64,000 bases of DNA from Thalia democratica. Its lineage: Eukaryota. The notes beneath the pieces were generated by a model. It was not told where the DNA came from, did not search any database, and saw nothing but the letters and a program-made list of their open reading frames with translations. The stretch spans positions 32,302,001 through 32,366,000 of the forward strand of contig OZ241833.1 in NCBI GenBank assembly GCA_965202585.1, read 5' to 3'. Numbering within the stretch: position 1 is the first letter of the stretch; each line of letters begins with the position of its first letter. Below are positions 36,301 through 48,300 of the stretch, piece after piece. Both the position numbers and the translations under genes were made by a program.

Positions 36301-39300
36301 CGAACATTGTGACGTCATAAATATTTTTTTCGCAACGTGACTGTGAATGGGACGCGTGCTGTTAAATATTATCTTGTTTTGTTTCTGCACAGAATGTTTG
36401 CTCAGTGGCTGGTGGCGAAGACAATAGAGGTTGTTGACAGACGAGTGTGTTTACAAAAAGTTCAAATTTGCACATGCCCACATTTCGAAAAGTTTAAATT
36501 TGCACATGCCCACATTTCGAAAAGTTTATGTACAAGTCGCACGTGATGCAAATGCGTAGCAGTCAGAAAATTTACGCTTGGTTCTGTTTCACGAGTTTGA
36601 AAAAGTAAACAAACTTTTGGTGTCAATGACTTTGAAAATTTGGAATTAGTCCACGTATGTTTAAAAGAAGCAAGTAAAACTTTTAAAAGTCTATTTTAAG
36701 TAAAAAAACCAAATAGCCATCAAGCAGCTACAACCAAACATTTTAATGACTGACACGTTTTTAGTTCAAAACCGGTTGCTGTGTTGATTAACAGAAGCTT
36801 GTACAACCTAAGAGTTGCAATAGTACAAGTTAAAAATCAAACAGCCATGAAACACACCAGGCGAACAATTGAAACTTTTTTCTTCAAAATACTGATTAGT
36901 TGTGTTTTGAAACTTTCACATGCCAATTCATTGTTTGGCGGTTTGGTGGTGCATAATTGGACGGGCGCCGCTGCAGCTCAAATTATTTTAATAAATGAAG
37001 TTACGTCATTGAAAGTCTTTGAAACGTTTCAACTGCTTTTTTAATGTTTTTTGTTTTTTGAATGATGGTTGGTGAAAGTTTTGTTTTAATGTGTTGCCTA
37101 GGAAATAAATTTCGTTTTTGGTGAGTAATACGTGTTTAAAATTCAGCTTAATTGTTTTTATCAACTATGCAATAAAACTACTAAATTTATAATGCTAAAT
37201 ATAATTAAATAAGTTCTTGATAAAAAAATCAGTAACGTTTAAACATTTTATATTTTAGAACACACATAGCTTTTTTTAGTTTTAATCAATAAAATTTATA
37301 GACTTCAATGACTATTATCTTACTTTATCTACTTGTACAAATAATGCACTAAGTTTTACTGATAACAGAGTAAATTAAATGTTTCAAAACATAACACTGT
37401 ACTAGCTCAAAAATTTTTATTAAAACTAAATAAATATGTAAATATTTATTTGCTCGCTTACTATGTAAACTTTCAAAATATAGTGTAAAACAGATAAATT
37501 CTTTAATCAAGCAAAATCTCCAATAATAGCCTGTAACTTATCATTAAAACCAAACTAACATGCACAGATTTGAACGAGTGTGCGACCAACAACGGCGGTT
37601 GCAACCAACAATGCTGCAATACGTTCGGTGGCTACTTCTGCAAGTGCAGACCGGGCTTCAAGCTGTCGGATGATCAGAAAAACTGCGTCGGTCAGTTGCT
37701 TGAAAGTTATTTGTTGCTTGAATTTTTTAAATATTTTTACAAATGGCACGAGTGCGGGAAAGTCACTCTTCCGTGTCAAACTCCCAAGTTGAATTTTGTA
37801 TTTTAGTTAAAAAAATGTTTCGACCAAAACTATAGAAATTACAAGACTAAAAGCAATTTTATAGTGAGGGCAATTCTTGTATGAGTTATTTTTGCTTATA
37901 AACAATGTAGATGAAATGATTAGTTTTTTTACATCAAGATAACCTGCAACTAATCTTATCAAGAAAGAAATTTAAAAATTAAACGGCGTTTACTTCTGCA
38001 AGTTTCAACAAATAAATAAATAAATTCTTAAGTATTTAAATGCTTGCACTGCAACGAATATAACAATTATTAAAATTCTTTACATCTTGAAACGACTATC
38101 ATCTAGGCTTTGCTGTCTAAAATGGACAATGTTATTGGATTAGCGTTCTGTTAAACTATTTAACGACAGCGAATTTCATCGTGCAAACTTTTTAAATGCT
38201 TGATTGTGTAACGTTTGAACTTGATGATTTTTTGAACTAAGAAGTTGATTTTTATTGTGTTCTCTGGACCAAGAAAAGTAAAAACACAAGAATTTTAAGT
38301 GACATGCATTTAACCTACTTTTGTTTGCTTGTTCGATTTTTAACAGCGTTTTGAAACATTAGTGTTCTACATTTAAAGTTTTTAAAGTAAACAAAACATG
38401 AGTGGAATATAAGCTTTTTAACTTTAGACCTTTAAACTTTAAGACTTACTATGTTTCATTCATCATTTAATATTTTAAAACTATCATTCACTGTTAGTGG
38501 TAATGTTTTTAAATTACTTTTAAACGAGCTTGTGTTTATTAAGAGATATAAAATTTTCAAATATTGAATTACATATGCTTAAATTTAATGATGCGAATAT
38601 TAATTTATTTTTGGCAATATTTTTTAAGTTTAATGTAGCATTTTTACTATCATATGCTTGTAGTTTTAGCTTAGCTGCACTTATTTAATTTGAAATAAAG
38701 CAGCAATAACTTTTAAAGTTTCACATTAGTTACATACGTTATATAACTTTTAAACATAAAGTTGTGATTTAATCTCAGTAAACAGTATACATCAAGCGAG
38801 CTTGAGTTATCAAAATGTAACTAGTAGATAATTGTTTTATAATTAAATAAGTCGATTATCAAGTCGTGTGGGAATTTACACTGACTTTATCTTCAATTTT
38901 GATTTTAAACTTTAAAAAACATCAACTTGATTTCATTGCGTTGAAAAAAAAAACAATTCACTTTTTCTTCAAACTTTTATCAACTTTACAATTTTAGAGT
39001 AAACTATCAAACAAAAAGTTTTAAGACATTTTGATTGAACTATTTTCATACATTTTTAAAATAAAGTTTGTAAGGCATTTTGATTAAAAAACTGTTCAAT
39101 ATTTTTTTTCATATTAAACTATACTTTAATCTTAAATCATGACGTCACAGACATCGATGAATGCGCGGACGTGAATGGAGGATGCGCACACAACTGCGTG
39201 AACACTAGAGGGGGTTATTACTGCTCCTGTAAAGAGGGATACAAACTTCACACCGACGACAGGACTTGCATACGTAAGTTTATTGTAAAGAAAATACAAT

Positions 39301-42300
39301 AAATGTTTACTTTTAGTTTATTTATTTTCAAATAATTCTGTTTAAAAAATTCTACCCGCAAATTAAAAATACAATCATGATAACCTGGTATAATAATAAA
39401 TCTAGATTAAGTATTTTTTTGTTTATAGAAGAATAACTAAACACATTAACTATTTCAAAAGTGTATTAAAAAAAATCTTTTTAAAAGTAAGTTAGTGCAA
39501 AGACGTAAGAAATTTTCTAAGTGTTGAACAAAATTAAAATAAACTTTTTGAATGCTAAACTTAGCAACCAAAGTTGTTTGTAACTTAAACCTTACTTCTC
39601 ATAAACCAAAACCTCACCGTTATTACGTCATACAAGCCGACACAAGCTTCCATTGAAAGAGCGCGGTTGCTTATTCTTTTGGGTAGGTTTTTGTTGCCTG
39701 GTAGACAACACCCCGATAGCTAAACCCTCCTTGTATCAAATATTGTAACGTTTTCTTTGTAACAATTTTTAAAATAGTAACTTTTGCTACATCGTGTTTG
39801 CCTTTTCTTTGTTGTCGCTGGTTAGGCGTTGGGCGTTGTGTTGATAACTTGTAATGTGTTGAGCAGTGTAAGTAGCGTGTGTGCCTTATTCGTACATATT
39901 TATTTATAAGTAGCACGTGTTTGTTGCGTATTACACGCTCAAATTACATCCACACCTGCCTTACAGGAAATTTTATTTTTATCGCAATCATAATGTGTGT
40001 AGTAAGCGGTGTTGTTTGGCGAAATTGCTGAAATTACTCGGCACATGATCTGGCCGTGTAAGAAAACCCCGTAAATGAGTGTAATAACGTTATTTTTCAA
40101 CATTTGTTAGCATTTTTAAATTAGGTTGGTAATTTAATTTACTTAATAAATTTCGCCAGCAGACTTGTTTCTTTGCCTAATTGTTATTTTTGACTTTTAG
40201 GACTAGTTACTGAATAAAAGAATGTTGGTTTTAGATATCACCTTTACAAATAATATATTTGAAGAATTCGAAAACTTGTTCGATTAACTGCCACAAAACC
40301 TCGTTTGATAAAGTTTCTGTTTGTTTTGTAATTAAAAACTCACACCACGCTAATTAAAAGTTTTTTTTTTCATGATGAAGCTTGAACTTTTAATCTGAAA
40401 CACATTTTCAAAAGAAATTTAAATCCCATTTAATCTGTAACCAAACTAGCTGTAAAAACAAAAGATTTTTGATAAAACACACAGCCACAGAAAACGTTGG
40501 TAGTAATTAGAAAAGTTTAATCTGTTTCAGTCTCTAAACTTACGTGTTTTACTTTTTATTTCTACTTCAAAAGTATTTATCCTTTTCCAAGCAAGAAAAT
40601 CTTAACCTTTACTTTAAATTTTTCAATAATTTTATCATATAAACTTTATTATTTATTCAGACTTTTTTTAAAAAGTTTTAGTCATTTATTTGATCACTTA
40701 GATGATAAATCTATATACTAATTTTAAACAAAAAATTATGCTGGCTATTTTTGGTTACCCTACTTTTAAAATATTTTAGAAAACTTTTATATGTTAAAAG
40801 GTTAAAACTTATTTTTTGTAATTCAACATTTATACGTAAAAAATAAAAAAAATTGCAACAAAGCAAACATTTTATAGTAGAATACTAAAGTTAAGAAACT
40901 TTTCTTTTATAAAATAAACCATTGAAACGAAAAACGATGTGTTTTTAATTAGTAGTAAAACTAGTAAGAATTATTGTTTTTCTATGTAGTTATTCTGGTT
41001 TAAGAATTACGTATACCACACATCTTTTTGGACATGTCATCAAAAAATATTTTTCAAAAACTAATTCAACAAACATGCGCAATAGAAATGCTTCTGAATT
41101 TTATCAAATTCTTTTGAAAACTTACTAAAAACGAAATTATTTAAATCTGACATACTACGAAAACGCTTGAGACTAAAAATTTAAACTCTTTGTAACCAGC
41201 TTTAACATTTTCTTCTACTAACAGCAACGAACATGTGCGAGATCAGGAACGGGGGATGCGAGCAGATATGTGTCCCGAGAGGAATAGGAGGAAACTACAA
41301 ATGCAGATGCAGGGAAGGATTCGTGCTGAACACAAACATGAGGACTTGCGATAGTTGGTTTTTGATTACCATTAACACAATGGTTTCATTTAAGAATTAT
41401 TCAACGTACTAAGAATTGATTATTTTTCGATTAAAGACAACTTCGTTTTTGTGTTTAAAATTAAAGTTTTCTTATGTTTTTTTTAATGATTTGTAATAGT
41501 TGATTTAAATTACAAAAATAAAACTAAAGACTAGTAATTATTAATACAAAAATTACTTTTCAGCATAAGTTTTGATAATCAAGCTTAACACAGTTAAGAT
41601 GTATATGTTTTTGGAATTTAAATTAAGTTAATTTCTTGCTTAAAAGATTTTATAGTTTGTACATTACAGTCATTCCTAAACATTTATTAGTCAGCATATT
41701 TTGCGGAAAACTAAAACAAATGAGTTCTTTGAATGCAAACACTGCAAAACCACGCATTAAAAACTAAACAAACCGAACCCGGTAAAAAGCTTTTAAAATA
41801 ACTTTTCTATAAAAAACAACCCGAAAATCTCAAGCACTTTGTTTGCGCCACCGCCGCAGCAGCAAGCAAAACAATCAACAAATTTTCAGAAAAACTTTCT
41901 CTCTTCACAGCGCGCGCTCACCTTTCCACAATTAAACAGCCGCCCCCTCTCTGGTAATCGCTTAAGCCGTTCGAGAAGCTATTATCTTATTTATAGTAGC
42001 AATCGCTCGCCTCTTTGTGCGCCGGTGCCAGCCTGGCTGCCCGATGATGAGTTTGTGTTTACCTTTTAATTCAATTCGTTCCGACCGCAGTTGCGCGTTC
42101 GCTGTTGGGGTTTCGAAAGGGATTCTTTTGTCGAGAGAGAGTTTAGAAGCTTGCGGAATTCTTTTTGTCATTTTGTTTTTTAATCACTTATACAAGTACA
42201 CGTACAGTGTTTTTATTTATTTAAGTGTTTAATTTCAACTGAAAAAAATTCATCTTTTTTATATTTACTTTATTCTATCCAACAATCCTTATTTCTTTAA

Positions 42301-45300
42301 AACTATCAAAATAAACAAATTTTAAAGCTTTTAAAACATGAAATGGTATACTAAAACAACCTACAACGTATCTGTTACAGTATTTGTTACAATCATAAAG
42401 TTACGTATAATCTTAATATCAATTTCAACAGTTGCCAACCCGTGTGAGAGGAGCAACGGGGGCTGCAACCACATGTGTGAGGCGGTTGGAATCCAGCCGA
42501 AGTGCTCCTGTTTCGAGGGATACGTCCTCTCCAGCGACAACAAGACATGTATCGGTGAGTAGAAGCATTGTTATTGTGTCAAGTTATTTTCCAAGTCTAG
42601 TTACGTCATAGTAAACCGCATAGTTTGGCTTTTTATTGCCTTTATGTTCATTTTATGATAACTTGGTTGACAAATTTTATAACAGTTATTTTTGGCAAGC
42701 ATGTCTTAACTTAAAAAATGTTTTTCTTAAGGTTAAATTGAATATATGAAAACCAGTCGGCTCAGTAGTTTATGATTAACTTTAAACTACTACAAATTAA
42801 ATAATATATAATTCAAATATTGCAAACACTTTTACTTTCTTTAAAGTAATAAATGCTTTGTTTAACTTGACCTTTTTATAACTCAACTCATCACGAAGTA
42901 GATGTTTTGTAACAAACATAAAACTTTCAAAATATCTAGACCTTTGGCTAAGCATACTGTACTTCGATAACAATGTTTAATATTTTTTATTTCAAACCTT
43001 TTGTAGCTTCTACTTAAGAAAAGGCTAAAAGTTTTTTCTAATATTGATTTTGATTTTAAAATTTTAAAAAACTCTGTAACTTAAACAAAACTTTGTAATA
43101 TATACATATATTACTTTCAAAACAATTTGAAAAAAACTTTCTATTAATTTCGAATTTCAATACAAATAAAAAATACTTTTATCGATAAAACACACAAGTT
43201 TTAATTGAGATTAAGAACTTTGAAAGCTACTTGTTTATAAATGCTTAATTTCCAATAGATGTTTCAACTCATTTCTTGTACACACAAAAAACTTTTTATT
43301 TTCTTAACGGCCCGTGGAAAATATGTATCCATCACTAATGGGTCGTGACCAACACATACTTTGAAATTTTTGTTGAACTTGAACTACAAAAGACTCTTTC
43401 TTACAACATAAGTAAGTTTCATATCCAACGTGTAATTTAAGCTCACTGGTCACGATTAAGCCGATCTGTAAAAACTGTTTGCGAGTTCAAGCGCGAATGC
43501 GGATGCCACACAAGAAGCTTGTCGCGATCAAGACGCTCAATTAAGAATTAATTTTGATCTTCTTAGGATTTGGCGCTGGCCATTCGCGGTTTTTCTTTTG
43601 TGATAGAAAACAAATTGTTTCCTCAGTTTTTGTTTTCAGTGTTTTTTGACACGCACATAGTAAAGAGTGAATGTTTTTAAAAAAATTGATAAATTGAGTT
43701 TTTTGGAGACTCACAAACAGAAATAAGATTGTTTGGCTTAAGCTTTACTTTTTAAGGGTCCAGGATATAAACATTTTAATTCGAATGACAAAATAAATAA
43801 ATTAAAAGATTTATTGAAGGTTGATCAACATAAAACTTATTGCTACTAATATTATTGATTGCATTTATAAATAAAACTAACTATACTATATAAATTTAAC
43901 ATAAAAACCCTATTAGACTGTTTCCACCCGTGGTACTATATATACTAAACTTTGGTTGACTAGAAGTGCTAAAAATAATAAAAGAAAGCACAACATACAT
44001 TTTCAGTACAATTTTCTAAATCATAGCTTTTTTATCTAATACAACTAAATTTCGACAGATTACAACGAATGCGAGGTGAACTTGGGAGGTTGCTCACACG
44101 ATTGCGCCAACACGCTGGGATCTTACACTTGCATTTGCAGGGCCGGCTACGAAATTGGCACTAACCTCAAGTCCTGCTACCGTCAGTTTAACACTTTTAT
44201 TATACATATATATATATGCCATTAAACTATAGTTTATAACTTGTACTTCAAATTTTTCATCCCTTTATTCTATATATATACACTTTTTTTTTAAGAAAAA
44301 CAGCTTTAAAGTATCGCCAGAAACAATTATGGCCGGTGTATATATCATTGACTTATACTATTTGGGTGCTAAAATTTAGCTCAACGTCAAGTGTGTGAGT
44401 TTAACATTGACTTGTTGCCTGTAAACACATGCTACACGGATTAGCTCGGTTAATATTGCCGTTATGACAGGTCAATATTTTAATCTTCCCGCTAATTAAC
44501 TATTATACTTGACTGGTTTTATTGAACGTCTTAATCAAATATAAATTTGGTGTGTTGTATTGAACACTTTTGAATTTAGTATGTGTTTGTTTTAAGAGCA
44601 TAAAGTTTTAAATAACTTTTTTTTTTACATAGTTAAAATCTTGATAACATTTTAAGGTGTAATCTATTTTATAAAACATAATTATAATGCAAATTACTAG
44701 TTTTAAAATGTTGAAAAAAGTATAAAAAAATTAGTTTATTTTACCTCGAACACAAAAAACTTAAATTTTTATTTATTTTTTTTTATATCGTAATGATGTA
44801 CAAAGTGTTTTATACATAACACAGGGTTAATGGACAACAAAAAATGTTTAGCTAGTTCCAAACAGTGCAAGTACAGCGAAATACCAAAGTATCAAAATGT
44901 TTTACATAAAATAAATAGCAAAACGTAAAATCACAGTGGGAAAATACAAAGCCGCTGTGCTTTTTTTTCACAGCGCAGATAAAAAGGATTTTGTTTTTTT
45001 GTTGCAACCGGCAATTACGGCGACAAAACGGTCATTTGATAAATCTGCGCGACGCACCAGGGCCTTAAAACTTCATTGTGTCCCCGTAACGAGAAAATCT
45101 TATCTCTCGTCATTATGCTCAAGCACTTACGAACTTTTTGCGAAAAATTTGAACGATAACGCTTAAAGTGTTTTCGTTTCAAATCTCCATCGAATGCGAA
45201 AGAGTTTAGTGCCTTTTCCGAAATTCTCACGAAACTTTTAAGGTTTTGAGGTTAATTTAAACTGAAGATTTTTTTGAAAGCGACGGCCTGTTTATATTTT

Positions 45301-48300
45301 CATTAGCATTATTTCGGGTATTAACTTCTTAATGCTTCATTGTTGGACGCGAGCTTTTATCTTAATTTGATCTCGACTTGCATAACGTTTCGTTTGGTTG
45401 CAATCGATAAGAATATTAAAGTTTAATTTGATACTGTGGCGTTTTTGTGTGTAAAAAAAAACAGAAGCCTACCTGTTAAATTACATTAAACTCATTTGTT
45501 TCGAATATTTGTGGTATTTATTACTTTAGCTATAGAAGCAACCTTTATTATATTTTTAGATTTTTGTAGAACTTGTTTTCAAGGTTTTATTAAAACGAGT
45601 AAATTCCTTTGTATATTGGAAATGTCAATTTTTTTAAGCCTTTTATTTCAATTCAAGCTTAAAATTAATAAAACTTTTCTAAACCACTTTTAGCTACAAA
45701 AAGATTACAAAACAGCACCATTTCCAATGAAAAGTTGAGCTATAATTAATCTTACGAATGACAAAAAGCTACATCACCGACTTCTATATATTAAATTAAG
45801 CGATATTCACGATTAACCCGAAAAACATATGTTGTACTCACTAAACACTACATTTATGTGATTGGTTAGATTGGTAGAAACAAACTACTTCACGGGCATC
45901 GTAATTACCACTTTAGCTGTAGTACTTAGCATTTACTCTATTTTAAAGGTCATAAACAAACAAAACATTACTCCGCAGGCATCGGTATGGAGATGATAGA
46001 GTCTTGTTCAGCGACGAACGGAGGGTGCATGCACAAGTGCTCCCAGGAAGGCGAGCAGTTGGTGTGCAGCTGCCACACAGGATACCAACTTGAAGCCGAC
46101 GGTAAAAGCTGCACCGGTCGGTTTTATTATTTTATTTAAAATTCAATCATTGTTAAGAATTATAAAAAAAAGTAAATAAATAGTTTTAAAATATCTTGTA
46201 CTTTTTGTAATCAAAACCTAGTTAGTGTTTATGTTTTTGCTTATTTCACACAAAAATAAAGAAATTATTTATACATTTGACGTAACGTATGAAGTATAAA
46301 AAAAAGAATCAACCCAGAGATTGATAGAAAGCTTATTAAACATTTTTAAATCTTTTTCCTTGCTAAAAGATGTTTTTATCATCTCTTAAAATATCTTATA
46401 CTGTGAGTGATTCAAAAAATCTAAGGGTTTTAAAAACGTGCGCGACATAAAGTTGAAGGATTTTTGCTGCATTATTTTTTCAACTTAATGCATAATTTAC
46501 AAAGTCGGAATTAACTACACGAGCTTACCTCATCGCACGCTTAATAACATGAACTTGCCATTAAAGGATGTCTGGTTGCGATCTTATCTTTTACAACGGG
46601 CTTAATCACGGTCAATTATGTAATTGTGTTTCTTATTTTTCAGCTTAATAACGATCTGTCACGCTAGTTTTAATTCCGATAAAATCATCAAACAGCGCGC
46701 CTCAAGTTTGCACGGCGCGTTTTAATTGGGTTTAATAAGTGTGACTTGATGATAACTATAGATAAAAGAAACAAATACTTGAATTTTTAGCTATTAACTT
46801 TGTATTATATTTATATCACTGTAAAATAATTAAAGTACTCCTTTTTTTGTAGAAAAATGTCTGAGAAAAAACTGTTGGTTAAAAAAAGATTGTATTATAT
46901 TTTCTAAGCAATATTTATAACAGTATAATAAAGTAAGAACTAATTTGTATTTGAATCTGCTGAGCAAAAATAAATGAGCAACATTTTTTTTTTAAATACA
47001 GAAGCTTTGTATAACATCAACATGCATTTAATTCAAACAATATATTTTCTCCTCTCCAGACATCGACGAGTGCAGGGATGGGGAGAGTTGCTGCGATCAG
47101 GGATGCTCCAACGTTCCTGGTTCTTACGAGTGTTCTTGCAGGGGGGGATTCACCCTGTTACCAGATTCCTGCGGATGCGCAGGTAACATTGAGTTTTTAT
47201 ATAAATTAAAATTTTAATATAAACTAGTTTGGTAATAGTAAAATTGAGTGTTTATGCTGACAAAACTTTTTGTTAAACAAAAAAAAAATTGATGACTTAG
47301 TTGAGTATTTGTTTACCTAAATATACTGTTTAATATAATAACAGGCAAACAAATGGAAATCAGTTTTAGCTCCTTTGATACCAATTGAGAAAATTTTGTA
47401 AAAGTTTATTAATATCTAACATAAAACGAACATAAATAGTCTATGAGACACTAAATATGCAACCCTAATCTGAAGACTATAGTGTTTTATTGTGGTCTAA
47501 ATTTTCATTTAAACAAAACTCCATCATCAGACATCAACGAGTGTTTGGACAACAACGGCGGGTGCGACCAGAGGTGCGTCAACAGCGTTGGAACCCACAA
47601 CTGCGCCTGCGACGGAGGTTTCATGCTGGACGAAACGGGATTCAAGTGCTTGCGTTAGTTTGAAGATATAAACTAATTTGTAAAAATTTCTTTGCTTTCC
47701 GCTTTAAAAATTTCAAAAAAAAATTTCTCTGTTGAAAATAGATCCAATTATCAGCTTTATATTAGTTTTAGACTTTAAATGACTATAAACATAAGTAAGT
47801 TGTAGATCTTTAGGTTTTTACATTTGAAAATGACTACTGACCTTTTCTAGATCGCTCTTTGTAACCAACCACACATGTGCTTCTAGATTTTTACTGTTAA
47901 TTTTTTCCACAGCAATCTTGGCCGACACGCCGATCCTGGAAGTGGAGCTAAAGACCCCGGAGCTGGTCATCAAGGAGTACCCGGAGATCCACGAGAAGCT
48001 GGAGGAGGAGTACGAGGACGCGAGCAGCGACACCAGCGCCAGCAGGGACCTCGCAGAGTTCTCTGTTATCACGAGGTGGGTTTTATATGTTGTTATAAGA
48101 GCCTTCTTAAGAGGCCGGTATAATTTATTTTGTTTGTACATGATTTAGTTTAATAAAAAGTTGAGACACTTTCTTACGAGGTGGGTTTTATATATTGTTT
48201 GCTTTAGTTTTATTTAAGGAACCACTTTCGAAAGATTCAAATACTTTTTATTCATTAAGCCTAAGTTAAAATTATTTAACTTTTAATATCAAGAGCTTTT

